Positions 40,691-51,546 are shown, numbered from the stretch's first letter. The stretch: DNA of 64,000 nt from Thermoanaerobaculia bacterium (GCA_963664405.1 OY761158.1:2240001-2304000); one strand, 5' to 3'. The notes: generated by a model from the sequence alone, not told the origin. Numbers and translations are program-made.

Positions 40691-41754
40691 TCTCCCTCCC
40701 AGTCCCAGAAGTAGTCTTTGTTGGTGAGCTCGATCTCGGAGTCCACCTCTACACGCCGCTCCGGCTCGTGGATCGTGGCCGGCAACCTGGCCTGTCCCTT
40801 GACCACGTTCAGTTGCTCTTCCAGGTCTTCCACTTCTCGCCGCCAATAGTCGTCATCGCCGAAGTGGGGCCAGCCCAGCCTGAAAGCCGGGTCGTGCCAA
40901 CGCCGGGCGAGCCAACCAGCATAGCGCACCATCCTCAGGCCTCGTAGGGGCTCGATGAGGCGCGCGCTCGAGGCATCGAAGTCGCGTAGCTCTCGATACC
41001 CGCCGAAGAAGAGCTCTCGTTTGCGGCGACTCTCCGAATCCCGGCCGGGGAGCGCCAGCCACACATCCTGAACCGCGGGTCCAGTGAGCATGTCGTCGAA
41101 GTCGAGCAGGGTGAGTCGATCGTCGCGGAGCAATACGTTGCCGAGGTGAAGATCGGCGTGAATTCGATGGGTATCCACGCCGACCGCCAATAGGTCCGCA
41201 ACATCGGCGATGCCCTCGGCGGCATCGAAATAGCGGCGCCGAAGAGAGTCGGGCAAGCTCTGATGCTCGTCGAGCCACCGAAGAGCACGGCGGATATAAC
41301 GCTCGGAGTCAAGGCCGGGCCTATGGACCGCCGCGTGTCTCGCCGCCACGTTGTGCATCCTCGCGACAAGCGTGCCGAGGCGGCGGCACAGCGGATCGCT
41401 CAACTCGTCGGGTGCGCGCCCACCACGCCGATCCGACAAGGAGTAGTAGATGTCGTCGATTCGTTGCAGAGTGGAGCCATCCGGGAAGTGGCGCACCGTG
41501 CAAACAGGCACTTCTTCGGTCTCGAGCTCAGCCAGGAAGGCGTGCTCTTCGAGGATCTGTTCGGCACTCCAGCGCCCGGGGCGATAGAACTTGGCGACAA
41601 CACGACTTCGGCCCTCGAGCTCGACTTCGTAGACCCGGTTCTCGAAGGAATTGAGCGGATAGCAGACGGTGTTGCAGCGTACTCCCGATCTCTCGACGGC
41701 CGCCAGGACCCGGTCGGGGGTAAGCCCGAGGAAGAGATCTAGAGCTTCGGTCAT
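40687..41754 (-). CDS. srkA: Stress-response Ser/Thr kinase SrkA/RdoA (YihE)
   Basis: LNSFENRVY, KFYRPGRWS..QILEEH.F, HADLHLGN, DFDD...GPAVQD, WLARRW.DPAF. Confidence 0.92.
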   Translation of the reverse strand: MTEALDLFLGLTPDRVLAAVERSGVRCNTVCYPLNSFENRVYEVELEGRSRVVAKFYRPGRWSAEQILEEHAFLAELETEEVPVCTVRHFPDGSTLQRIDDIYYSLSDRRGGRAPDELSDPLCRRLGTLVARMHNVAARHAAVHRPGLDSERYIRRALRWLDEHQSLPDSLRRRYFDAAEGIADVADLLAVGVDTHRIHADLHLGNVLLRDDRLTLLDFDDMLTGPAVQDVWLALPGRDSESRRKRELFFGGYRELRDFDASSARLIEPLRGLRMVRYAGWLARRWHDPAFRLGWPHFGDDDYWRREVEDLEEQLNVVKGQARLPATIHEPERRVEVDSEIELTNKDYFWDWEGD

Positions 41755-42109
41755 CGAGCCGCGGTACTTAGGAGTCGAGTCAAGGCCACCCTTGAGCCGG
41801 TAGCGAACGACCCGCCGACTCTGGCTGAGGGGTCTGCCGAGGAGGAAACTCCATCACTTCATCCCGCGCCGTTCGCTTTCTCGAGAGCTTGCGCGAAGTC
41901 GGCGGGTCTGGTCGGTCATACTCACTGCTCTCCTCGTTGTCGCCGGAACGTTCAGGTTACACCCGTTCTCCTGCCCTTGCACTCATCGAAACAAAGACCA
42001 GAGAGAAACAGTCTAAGTACCAGGCAGCCAGGCGCCAGCCTAGCCTCGTTCAGGGGTGTGCAGCCCCGGGCTCCGTCGCCCGCCTTACAAATTTCGAAAG
42101 GGACCCTCC

Positions 42110-43407
42110 GTGCCAATAGCCGGAAAACCAACGATCGCTCCCCACCCGACGCCGGAGCTGGACATCGATCACGCGAACAGAGAGACCGGCACCATGAGGT
42201 CCGCGACAGCGCTTGACGTTTTAACGGCACCCAACCACCGAAGGCTCTGGATCATCGGAGGCGCCATCGCCGCACTCGTTCTCGTCGCCGCGGCGGTACT
42301 CATTACTCGCGGCATCGGCGGGAGCGGAAGCCAGGCCCCGACGACGAGGGTCACTCCGGTGAGAGCCGGAACCTTGAGCCGGGGAGACCTCGCTATCCAC
42401 ACGGAGTATCCGGGTGAGCTCGTCGGCGAAGCCTCCGACCTCGCGCCCAAAGTCCCCGGAATACTCCGAGCCGTCGAGGTCCGCATCGGCGATCGCGTGG
42501 AGCGGGGCGAAGCTGTAGCGATCATCGACGACACCGACCTTCGCCATCAACAAGAGGAGGCCCAGGCACAGCTTGCGGTCGCGCGGGCCAACGAGCGGCG
42601 GTCTCAGGCGGAGCTGGAAGGCGTCGAATCCGAGCTGCGTAGGAGCGAGGACCTTCATCGCCAGGAGGTTCTCAGCGGACAGGATTACGACCTGGTGGCT
42701 GCCCGTGGAGCCACCGCAAGGGCCGCTCTCGCTGCTTCTCAGGCTCAGGTCGAGCAGGCGGAGGCGCGCAGCGGGATCCTGCGGCAGCAACTCAGCGACA
42801 CTCGCGTTCTGGCACCCTTCAGTGGCACAGTCGCGGCGCGCTACCTCGATCCCGGGGCCTTGGTTCAACCGGGTACTCCAATCGTCAGACTGGTGGAAAA
42901 GGGGGGCCTGCTGGTCCAGTTCCGGGTACCCGAGCGCGACCTCGGAGCGGTTCGTGAGGGTGTCACACTGAGCCTGACCACCCAGGCCACGGGCGAGGAG
43001 CGATACCCTGGCCATGTGCTCCGCATCTCTGGTGAGGTCTCGCGCGCGGACCGCACCGCGTTGGTCGAAGGCACACCAGACCAGCAGGTGGAGATTCTGC
43101 GCCCGGGAATGTATGCCCAAGTCCGCGTTCTGCTGCAGGAGATCAAGGCGGCCAAGATTGCTCCCGGGATAGCCGTGCTCGATCGGGTGGGAGCCGACGG
43201 GGTGTGAGCCGTACGGGGATCTTCACCGTCGGTGAAGACAACACCGCCCGATGGCAGGACGTAAAGGTGCTGGGGCACTCGGGGGACCGCATTGCCATCG
43301 AGACCGAGCTCGAGCCTGGTGACGTCGTGCTCACCCTGGGGCACGAGGAGCTGAGTGATGGCGGTGCCATCCGCGTGGTTCAGCAAGATAAGCGTACCGG
43401 CTCATGA
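42110..43407 (+). CDS. RND efflux periplasmic adaptor (MFP); 1-nt frameshift near 43200, possibly an assembly error
   Basis: V.IGDRV..G, APFSG.V, LRPGMYA; one more G in the run at 43199-43202 joins ORFs 42056-43207 and 43204-43407; start uncertain (GTG 42110 or ATG 42194). Confidence 0.85.
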
Positions 43408-46400
43408 GCCTATCCAGCGTTGCAGCTCACAGGCCGGTCGGCACGCTCATGGTTTTCGTCTGCGTTGTCGTGCTTGGCGTTGTCGCTTCCAGCCAACTTG
43501 CCGTCGACATGATGCCCGCGGCCGACATGCCGCAGATCTCAGTCACCACCCTCTACGATGGCGTCGCACCGGTAGAGATAGAGAGCCTCATCACTCGGCC
43601 AATCGAGCAGGCCCTCTCCACGATTGAGGGCGTCGAGCGCCTGACTTCCACCTCGAGTGAGGGTCAAAGCCGGGTGGAGTTGGGTTTTACCTGGGGCAAG
43701 GACCTCAACGAAGCGGTCAATGATGTCCGCGAGAAGCTCGATCGCGTGCGCAATGTCCTCCCCGAAGACGCCGATCCTCCCAGCATCTTCAAATTCAACC
43801 TCTCCGACGCCTCCATCGCCTCTCTCGGCCTCTCCGGCAGCGGTGATGTGCGGAGTCTGCGCTACCTGGCTGAAGAAACGCTGAGCCGGCGCATCGAGCG
43901 GATCCCCGGAGTCGCGGCGATCGACGTCCGCGGTGGCCGCGAGCGCGAGATCCAGATCCTACTCGAGGCGGATCGCCTTGCGGCCCTCGGCATCACTCCT
44001 CGTGAGGTGACCCAGGCCCTCTCGAGCGAGAATCGTAACGTGTCCGCAGGGGATATGAGGCAGACCGGGAGAGACGTGCTGATTCGGACCTTGGGCCAGT
44101 TCGAGAGTATCGAGGACATCGCCGGCACGGTGATAACGACCCGCGAGGCCCGGCCGATCCACGTGCGCGATCTGGGTGAAGTGCGCGACACTTTTCGGGA
44201 GATCAAAACCGAGCTGTGGATCGACGGCGAGCCTGGTATGCGCATGTGGGTCAGGAAGCAGTCGGGGACCAACACGGTGGAGGTCGTCGACCGGCTGCGG
44301 ACGGAGCTCGAAGCCATCAACCGCGACTACGCCGGGCGCGTACAGCTGACCATGTTGTTTGACGGATCGACCTTCATCCGCCAATCGGTGACGAACGTCG
44401 AGCGCGGGGCTCTTTACGGCGCCGTTCTCGCAGTCATCGTGTTGTTGGTCTTTCTACGCGACCTCCGCTCTACCCTCATCATCGCCACGGCTATTCCCAT
44501 CAGCGTATTGGCAACCGTGGCGCTGATGTACTTCGCCGGGTTCACACTTAACGTCATCTCCCTCGGTGGCATCGCGCTCGGCATTGGAATGCTGGTCGAC
44601 AACTCGATCGTAGTGCTCGAGAACATCTACCGTAAGCGCCAAGAGCGCCTCGGCGCCACCGAGGCGGCCGTCGAAGGCAGTCGCGAAGTTGCACTGCCGA
44701 TCCTCGCCGGGACTTTGACCACATTGGCTGTCTTTGTTCCTGTCATGTTCATCGGTGGAATGGCCGAAGTTTTCTTCAAGGAGATGGCCATCGTCGTCTG
44801 CTTTGCCCTGGCCTGTTCTCTAATCGTGGCTCTCACTCTTGTTCCCGCAGTCGCAGGCCGACTGCTGCGCCTGAAAGCGTCCGAGCCGCGCAGAACCACG
44901 GGTCTCCTGGCCAGTTTTCTGCGACGGAGCGATGCCGCGCTGCGAAGTGTGGACGTCGCCTACGGGGAGCTCATCGACAGCGTTCTGCACCATCCCTGGC
45001 GAGTGGTTATCGGTTCGGTGGCCCTGCTCGTAGCGTGCCTGGCCATGTCGCCGCTCTTGAGCTACGAGCTCATGCCCGAAGCGGACGAAGGGCGGCTCAA
45101 GATCTCCCTCGAGCTGCCCGTCGGTACACCCGTGGAAATCACGATGGAAGTGATCCAGGGTATCGAGAGAACAATGCAAGACGCTGTCGAAGTCGGCGAG
45201 GTGCTCCATGTGATGACGACCGCTGGGCCCGAGTCCTGGTGGAGGCCCGATGGAGGCAACAGCGCGTCGATGGACGTCACGTTGGTGCCGGTCTCGCAAC
45301 GTAAGCGAGGTGTGGAAGAGATAGCCGCTGCGATCCGCGCCGCCATTGCCGACACCCCAGGAGGGTCGATTCAGGTGAGAGCCTCGTCGGGCAACATGAT
45401 GATGAATATGATGAGAGGCGGCGGCGAGCGCCTCTCCGTCGAGATTCGGGGCTACGATCTCGACGTCGCCGATACCTTGGCTCAGCGCGCCCTCGAGGTG
45501 ATGAGAGACACCCCCGGTCTGGTGAACGCCAAGCTGGATCGTGAGCAGGGGCTCATGGAGGAGCGCTTGCGCGTCGACAGAACACGCCTCGCGGAGCTCG
45601 GCCTCAGCGGTTCCCAGATCGCGGATACGGTCGAGCACTATGTACTCGGTCGTATCGCCACGAAATTTCGGGATGGGGGTGACGAATTCGACGTGCGAGT
45701 CCAGCTGCAGGGCGAGAACCGGGAGCTCCTCGAGCAGCTGGCCCAGATGCCGATCGTTACCTCGCTAGGCGGGGTGGTCCCCCTCGGCTCGGTTACGACC
45801 ACCGAGAAGAGTCGCGGCCCGGCCTCCATCGCTCGCGAAGGTCAGCAGCGGCTCGTCCGCATCGACGCCGGCGTGGCGGGTCGCGCCCTAAGCGACGTAG
45901 CCAGCGACCTGCAAAGGAGCCTCGCGAGTATCGAAGTACCGGAGGGTTTCTCGATAGGTCTGGGCGGTGAGATCCAGGAGCAGCAGGGCATCTTAGGTTC
46001 TCTGGTGATGGGGGTCTTCCTTGCAATCTTCCTCGTCTACACCGTGATGTGTATTCAGTTCGAGTCGATGATTCACCCCCTGGTGATCATGTCTGCTGTG
46101 CCCTTCAGCCTGATTGGAGTAGTTCTGACCCTCGCCCTCACCGCCACGACAGTAAACATGAACTCTCTTTTGGGATGCATCGTATTGGTGGGCATCGTGG
46201 TCAACAACGCGATCGTGCTGGTCGACTACGTAAACCTGCTTCGCACCCGCGGAATGGGCCTGGAAGAGGCACTGGTGATGGGGGCCAGGCGTCGCCTCCG
46301 ACCCATCCTCATGACCACATTGACCACCGCTCTCGGGCTCATACCCCTCGCCATCGGGCTCGGCGAGGGAAGCGAGATCCAGGCGCCTCTTGCCCGAGTC

Positions 46401-46541
46401 GTCGTCGGCGGCTTACTGACTTCGACTTTGATCACTCTGGTCTTCGTGCCCTCCCTCTACGCTCTCGTCGAGCGTCGCAAGTTAGGCGTGCACCTAGCTG
46501 CACCGGTGCATCTAGCGCCCCGCGAGCCCGAGCCCGCATAG
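43404..46541 (+). CDS. RND efflux permease (AcrB/AcrD/AcrF family)
   Basis: 1045 aa; GMLVDNSIVVLENI, GIVVNNAIVLVD, RLRPILMTTLTT. Confidence 0.95.
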   Translation: MSLSSVAAHRPVGTLMVFVCVVVLGVVASSQLAVDMMPAADMPQISVTTLYDGVAPVEIESLITRPIEQALSTIEGVERLTSTSSEGQSRVELGFTWGKDLNEAVNDVREKLDRVRNVLPEDADPPSIFKFNLSDASIASLGLSGSGDVRSLRYLAEETLSRRIERIPGVAAIDVRGGREREIQILLEADRLAALGITPREVTQALSSENRNVSAGDMRQTGRDVLIRTLGQFESIEDIAGTVITTREARPIHVRDLGEVRDTFREIKTELWIDGEPGMRMWVRKQSGTNTVEVVDRLRTELEAINRDYAGRVQLTMLFDGSTFIRQSVTNVERGALYGAVLAVIVLLVFLRDLRSTLIIATAIPISVLATVALMYFAGFTLNVISLGGIALGIGMLVDNSIVVLENIYRKRQERLGATEAAVEGSREVALPILAGTLTTLAVFVPVMFIGGMAEVFFKEMAIVVCFALACSLIVALTLVPAVAGRLLRLKASEPRRTTGLLASFLRRSDAALRSVDVAYGELIDSVLHHPWRVVIGSVALLVACLAMSPLLSYELMPEADEGRLKISLELPVGTPVEITMEVIQGIERTMQDAVEVGEVLHVMTTAGPESWWRPDGGNSASMDVTLVPVSQRKRGVEEIAAAIRAAIADTPGGSIQVRASSGNMMMNMMRGGGERLSVEIRGYDLDVADTLAQRALEVMRDTPGLVNAKLDREQGLMEERLRVDRTRLAELGLSGSQIADTVEHYVLGRIATKFRDGGDEFDVRVQLQGENRELLEQLAQMPIVTSLGGVVPLGSVTTTEKSRGPASIAREGQQRLVRIDAGVAGRALSDVASDLQRSLASIEVPEGFSIGLGGEIQEQQGILGSLVMGVFLAIFLVYTVMCIQFESMIHPLVIMSAVPFSLIGVVLTLALTATTVNMNSLLGCIVLVGIVVNNAIVLVDYVNLLRTRGMGLEEALVMGARRRLRPILMTTLTTALGLIPLAIGLGEGSEIQAPLARVVVGGLLTSTLITLVFVPSLYALVERRKLGVHLAAPVHLAPREPEPA

Positions 46542-46574
46542 CTCCAGCCGAGATATGCTCTGCGCACTGGAGGT

Positions 46575-47261
46575 GTGAGCGTGCCGACATCGAGTCCCTT
46601 CGCCGGCCTATTCGGGAAATCACCATTTCCCGCCATGCAGGAGCAGATGAGGGTGGTGCAGCAATGTGCCGAGCTGGCCATCCCCCTCTTCGAGGCGCTG
46701 CAGCGAGAGGACCGTGAGAGCCTGCTCGCCATCAAGGAGCGCATCTTCGAGCTCGAGCATGAAGCCGACACGATCAAGAACGAGATTCGCTCGCGGCTTC
46801 CGAAGAGCCTCTTCATGCCGGTGGACCGACGGGATCTACTCGACATCCTCAACGCTCAGGACAATATCGCCGATGCCGTGCAAGACGTAGCCGAGCTGCT
46901 CGCTCTGCCGAAGATGAAGCTTCCGGCAGCACTCCTCGACGGCCTCGTCGCCTATGTAGAGACAAACGTGGACGCGGTGAAGCAATGTGGCGACGTCATC
47001 AACGAGCTCGACGAGCTGCTCGAGATGGGCTTCCGGGGGCGCGCCGCTGACCGCGTCGAGGACATGGTCGCCCGGCTCGGCGAGATCGAGAGCGAGACCG
47101 ACAGCCAGGGAGAGGCGCTGCTCGAAGCCCTCTTCGACCATGAGGACGAGCTCAAACCGCTCTCCGTGCTCCTCTCTTACAAACTGATCGAGCTCATCGG
47201 AGGAGTCGCGAACTACGCCGAGGATGTCGGCGACCGTCTGCGCCTCCTCATCGCTCGCTAG
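46575..47261 (+). CDS. DUF47/TIGR00153 phosphate transport regulator
   Basis: FGKSPF..MQE, EHEAD.IK..IR..LP..LFMPVDR.D; upstream of Pit. Confidence 0.9.
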   Translation: MSVPTSSPFAGLFGKSPFPAMQEQMRVVQQCAELAIPLFEALQREDRESLLAIKERIFELEHEADTIKNEIRSRLPKSLFMPVDRRDLLDILNAQDNIADAVQDVAELLALPKMKLPAALLDGLVAYVETNVDAVKQCGDVINELDELLEMGFRGRAADRVEDMVARLGEIESETDSQGEALLEALFDHEDELKPLSVLLSYKLIELIGGVANYAEDVGDRLRLLIAR

Positions 47262-47289
47262 CTCCCGGCCCGAGACAAGAAACGCGACC

Positions 47290-48537
47290 ATGGAGTTTGC
47301 TGCCGTCTACATAGGTCTGGCGATCATCTTCGGCCTCTACATGACCTGGGGGGTCGGCGCCAACGACGTCGCCAACGCGATGGGGACCTCGGTCGGCTCG
47401 GGCGCCATCACGGTCAAGAAGGCGATCCTCATCGCCGCCATCTTCGAATTTGCCGGAGCTGTTCTGGCCGGCGGGAATGTCACGAGCACGATCCGTAAGA
47501 GCATCATCGACCCCGCCTTCGTGCCCTCGCCCGAGATCCTCATCTACGGAATGCTCTCCGCACTTCTGGCTTCAGGAGTGTGGCTGATGGTGGCGACCCA
47601 CTTCGGTTGGCCGGTTTCGACCACACACACCATCGTCGGCTCTCTGGTCGGCTTTGCCACGGTCGGACTTGGCGTCGAGGCGGTGGCCTGGGGTGAGGTC
47701 GGCCGCATCGTGGCGAGCTGGCTGGTCTCTCCGCTCATCGGCGGCACCATCGCCTTCTTGATGACCATGAGCCTTCGCCGTTTCATCCTCGACACCGACG
47801 AGCCCCTCGCCAACGCGAAGCGATACGGGCCTGTCTACATCTTTTTCATGGGCGTGCTCATCGCCCTGGTAACCCTCTTCAAGGGTCTAGTCCACCTGGA
47901 TCTCGAGCTCAGCGCCTGGGCCTCACTCGGAGTGGCCCTGGTAATCGGGTTGCTGATCGCCTCTGTCGGCAAGGCCCTGATCGCCAAAGTCCGCGTCGAC
48001 CCCGAGGCTGAGCGCGACTTTCACTATGCCAGCGTCGAGAAAGTGTTTGCCCCTCTCTGCGTCTTCACCGCCTGCTCGATGGCCTTCGCCCACGGGTCGA
48101 ATGATGTCGCCAATGGGATCGGCCCCCTTGCCGCCGTCGTCACCATCGTGCGGACCCAGAGTGTGACCCAGACTTCGGCACTGCCGATCTGGATCCTGCT
48201 CCTCGGCGGAGCCGGCATCGTGGTCGGGCTGGCGACTATGGGCTATCGCGTGATGCAGACGATCGGTAAGCGAATCACCGAGCTGACACCCAGTCGCGGC
48301 TTCTGCGCTGAGCTCTCCGCCGCAGCGACCGTCGTAGTGGCCTCGAGACTCGGCCTTCCCGTGTCGACAACGCACATCATCGTCGGGGCGGTCCTGGGAG
48401 TGGGCTTCGCGGGCGGGATCGCCGCAATCGACCTGCGGGTCATTGCCCGCATCGTCGCTTCATGGATCATCACACTCCCAATCGGAGCCGCCCTCGCCGC
48501 TTTCTTCTTTTTCTTTTTCAGAGGCCTCTTTCTGTAG
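47290..48537 (+). CDS. pit: PiT family inorganic phosphate transporter
   Basis: GANDVANAMGTSVGS, PVSTTH twice, AHGSNDVAN. Confidence 0.95.
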   Translation: MEFAAVYIGLAIIFGLYMTWGVGANDVANAMGTSVGSGAITVKKAILIAAIFEFAGAVLAGGNVTSTIRKSIIDPAFVPSPEILIYGMLSALLASGVWLMVATHFGWPVSTTHTIVGSLVGFATVGLGVEAVAWGEVGRIVASWLVSPLIGGTIAFLMTMSLRRFILDTDEPLANAKRYGPVYIFFMGVLIALVTLFKGLVHLDLELSAWASLGVALVIGLLIASVGKALIAKVRVDPEAERDFHYASVEKVFAPLCVFTACSMAFAHGSNDVANGIGPLAAVVTIVRTQSVTQTSALPIWILLLGGAGIVVGLATMGYRVMQTIGKRITELTPSRGFCAELSAAATVVVASRLGLPVSTTHIIVGAVLGVGFAGGIAAIDLRVIARIVASWIITLPIGAALAAFFFFFFRGLFL

Positions 48538-48639
48538 CCGATTCCGTCCTGCCTCAATTCTCGACGGAACGAGGCAGGGCCGGCCTGACGGCCGGCCCTG
48601 ACAAGAGACGTCTGCGCAAGTCAACGCGCCTTAGTGCAC

Positions 48640-49167
48640 TCAATCGGCACGAGCCGGCGGCTCCGAGGGACCTGGAGCTAGCCGGAACTTGAGCGAGGAA
48701 ACCGCACCAGGAAAGACTCCGACCTCTTGTTCCCAAGTCAAATAGCCTCCCTTGTAGATCGCTACCGTGTGATCACCCTCCTCGAGCCAGAGGAAAGACG
48801 GGTAACCGTCGAAGTCAGCGGTGGTGCCTGCATAGCGACCATCAACCCAGACTTCGGCCTTCTTCGGCTTGACGTTGAGGTCGAGGCCGCCGAAGCCATG
48901 GAGTCGGGCCAGGGCCGGATTCAAACCGCCTTCCGGACCATACGCTCGGTAGGGGCCGTGGTAACCGTAGCCGTAACCATAGCCGTAGCCGAAACCATAG
49001 GAAGGGTAGAAGCCGCCGACTCGGAAGCTCACCGCACCACGGCGGCCTCCTCGGTGGCCTCCGCGCCCCCCACGCGACCGGGCTTCAGCCGCCGAAGCGG
49101 CGACGGTTGCCAGGACCACAATCGCGACGGCGGCAAGGGAGAGATTTCTAGTGGGTGATTTTCTCAT
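48640..49167 (-). CDS. PEGA-domain secreted protein with Gly/Tyr-rich region
   Basis: Signal peptide, GYGYGYGY tract, V.P..AEVWVDGRYAG...DFDG, GY. Confidence 0.8.
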   Translation of the reverse strand: MRKSPTRNLSLAAVAIVVLATVAASAAEARSRGGRGGHRGGRRGAVSFRVGGFYPSYGFGYGYGYGYGYHGPYRAYGPEGGLNPALARLHGFGGLDLNVKPKKAEVWVDGRYAGTTADFDGYPSFLWLEEGDHTVAIYKGGYLTWEQEVGVFPGAVSSLKFRLAPGPSEPPARAD

Positions 49168-49447
49168 TGCGATGTCTCCTGTTTCTTCAGAGCCCCGCAC
49201 CATGCACGGGTCGTCGGCATGTCATCACGCCATATCAAACGCAAGATGCAGGCCAGACCTCGAGTCAGGAGAGCCAAGTCAGAGAGATCGCAGTAAAGCA
49301 CGGCCCCTTGGCTGAAAGTCTTTACATCTCTTACCACTGCCGGCGTGCCGAACCGCAGCTCTGCAGCGAACCAAAAGGGGCAAGGGTCGCCAATCAAGGA
49401 CGGCTCCGTCCCCGTACGAGAGCGAGGAGCCTGGCGGAGCTTCTGAG

Positions 49448-49640
49448 CGCGCCGTCCCGGCGCGGTGTTCACTAGCCGGAGGAAGTAATAGCCATCATTT
49501 CCGGAGAAAATGCGCCGTCCTCGGCGCCATATTCACCTAGCCGGAGGAAATGATAGCGATCACTTCCGGAGTCCGGATGCGCCGTCCTCGGCGCCATGTA
49601 ATCAGAACCGGAGGAAGTGATAGCAATCACTTCCGTAGGT
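49448..49640. repeat. BIME-like array B'-A-B-A-B-A (period about 65-67 bp)
   Basis: A = CCGGAGGAARTRATAGCNATCAYTTCCG at about 49476, 49541 and 49608; B = TGCGCCGTCCTCGGCGCCA at 49511 and 49578. Confidence 0.85.
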
Positions 49641-49648
49641 CCCGCAGG

Positions 49649-50620
49649 CTAGCCGAGAAACTGGCGGCTCACACGAATGAGATCGTCGGGCGCATCAAAG
49701 TGGACATGGTGGCCGGAGCCGGCGATCTCGACGCGGGTGGCGTCGCGAAACAACGCCACTCGCCGCGCGATCTCGTCTTCGTCTTTGTGCAGCTCATCCG
49801 GGTCCAGTCCTCGGCGGCGCCACATGAACTCGTCGATCTCACCGGCATCGACCAGAAGCACAGGGCATCGAATCCAGCCGTAGCGCTCCTCGGCGTCGGC
49901 GGGCGACGAGAACAGGCGCAACGAGTGGATGCGCGGATCCCACTTCCATTTGAGACCACCCTGCGGGTGCGGCTCGGTTCCTAGCTCCACCAGGCGTCTG
50001 GCCGTCTCTCCATCGAGGCGAGGGTGGTAGCGCATGAACACCTGACCGGCATCATCGATCCCCATCATCGGACGACCCAACCCCTCTCCGCGCAACAGGC
50101 TCTCGACTCCCTCCTGGGTACGCCACTGCTTGTCCTCGCCCTCCGGCTCAGGAATCCTCATCGGTGGCCCCATGCCGTCGATGTTCACCACCGTCGCCGG
50201 CACGTCGGAAAAGACCCCGGCATAGTGGGTGACGATCTGGCCGCCGAGACTGTGACCGATGAGAATCGGCTTCTCCATCTCCAGCTGCAAGAGAACAGCG
50301 TGAAGATCGGCCATAAAGTGCGCCATCGTGTAGACGCCCGGCTTGCCGCTGTCGCCGTGACCGCGAAGATCGAAGGACACGACTCGGTAGGCCTCGCGGA
50401 AAGCCTCTGCCAGGCACTCGAGCCCCAGCGCGAAGTCTTCGATGCCATGAACCAGCACCATAGGCTGAGCGCCCGCGTTTCCGTAGTCGTAGCCGCGTAG
50501 CTCTACTCCGGCTCCTTGGAGGGTGAGAGTGGCCGGGGGATCGCTGGTCAATGGGTCTCCATCAAAGGGGGTCCGAGCTCCGGCGGATCGTCGAGCGAGT
50601 TGGGACAGTATCATCCGCAT
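49649..50620 (-). CDS. Alpha/beta hydrolase
   Basis: VHG, DLRGHGDS, GHSLGG, GHHVH; start ATG 50620 or 50614. Confidence 0.9.
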   Translation of the reverse strand: MRMILSQLARRSAGARTPFDGDPLTSDPPATLTLQGAGVELRGYDYGNAGAQPMVLVHGIEDFALGLECLAEAFREAYRVVSFDLRGHGDSGKPGVYTMAHFMADLHAVLLQLEMEKPILIGHSLGGQIVTHYAGVFSDVPATVVNIDGMGPPMRIPEPEGEDKQWRTQEGVESLLRGEGLGRPMMGIDDAGQVFMRYHPRLDGETARRLVELGTEPHPQGGLKWKWDPRIHSLRLFSSPADAEERYGWIRCPVLLVDAGEIDEFMWRRRGLDPDELHKDEDEIARRVALFRDATRVEIAGSGHHVHFDAPDDLIRVSRQFLG

Positions 50621-50645
50621 CGAAGAGCCACCGTTAGTGATAGGT

Positions 50646-51410
50646 ATGGCTCCTCCCGACCGCTTGATCATGCTCGGTCTCGCCATTGTTCTTGCCGCTA
50701 TCTTCTTCGTCGCCGCGTTGGTCCGATCGGCGCTGGGCTTTGGCGACGCGCTGGTAGCCATGCCTCTCCTGACCCTGGCGATCGGGTTGAACAGCGCCGC
50801 CCCGCTCTTTGCCGCGGTGGCCTTTCTCTCGTCCGTGGCGATTCTGTGGGGGAGCTGGGGTGAGGTGCACTGGCGAGACGCCCTACCCTTGGTGCTCGGC
50901 TCGGCAGCAGGGATTCCCTTTGGCCTCGTTCTCTTGAGTCGGGCTCCCGAAGCCGCGATGAAGGCGGCCTTGGGAGTCGTGATCATCGTCTTCGTCTTGG
51001 CTCGGCACTTCGTGCCAGGCCTCCGCATCAAGCGGGGAGGAACCAAGCGGGCCGTACTGGCCGGACTGGTCGCGGGTGTGCTCGGCGGCGCCTACAACAT
51101 CAACGGCCCCCCCATCGCAATCTTCGGCACGCTCCGAGGCTGGTCGCCGCAGCGATTCCGAGCGACCATGCAAGGCTTCTTTCTACCCAGCGGGGCGTTG
51201 CTCGTCACCGGCCACGCCGTGGCGGGACTTTGGACGCAGAGGCTGGCGATCCTGGCCGTCCTCTGTCTTCCAGCGATGCTGGTGGGAGTGCGACTCGGAG
51301 CTTTTCTCAATCGATCCATCGAGCCCGAGCGTTTCGAGCACTGGATCAGGGCTCTCCTGATTCTGATCGGTGCTCTCCTCATCGTCCAGACCCTGGTCGA
51401 GCGAGCCTAG
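50646..51410 (+). CDS. TauE/SafE family sulfite exporter
   Basis: GFG..LVAMPLL, G.LGGAYNINGPP, FRATMQ. Confidence 0.85.
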   Translation: MAPPDRLIMLGLAIVLAAIFFVAALVRSALGFGDALVAMPLLTLAIGLNSAAPLFAAVAFLSSVAILWGSWGEVHWRDALPLVLGSAAGIPFGLVLLSRAPEAAMKAALGVVIIVFVLARHFVPGLRIKRGGTKRAVLAGLVAGVLGGAYNINGPPIAIFGTLRGWSPQRFRATMQGFFLPSGALLVTGHAVAGLWTQRLAILAVLCLPAMLVGVRLGAFLNRSIEPERFEHWIRALLILIGALLIVQTLVERA

Positions 51411-51538
51411 GAGCGTGTCCTAGTATTCGTTCTGAGCCGTTTCCCAAAGCGAATAGGAAGCAAGGCCCAAGTGCGCCGTCCTCGGCGCCAAGAGACAACT
51501 AGGCGGAGGAAATGATAGCAATCATTTCTGGAGGCTAG
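51407..51538. repeat. Mosaic repeat C-B-A with empty IS target (core 51448-51449)
   Basis: Homologous to 22837-22926 and 61034-61136; palindrome A at 51499-51538. Confidence 0.8.
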
Positions 51539-51546
51539 GCCTGAGC

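Noticed and set aside
49448-49640. CRISPR-like periodic array
   Set aside because: The would-be spacers contain the same hairpin B, the repeats are degenerate and dispersed elsewhere, and there are no cas genes.
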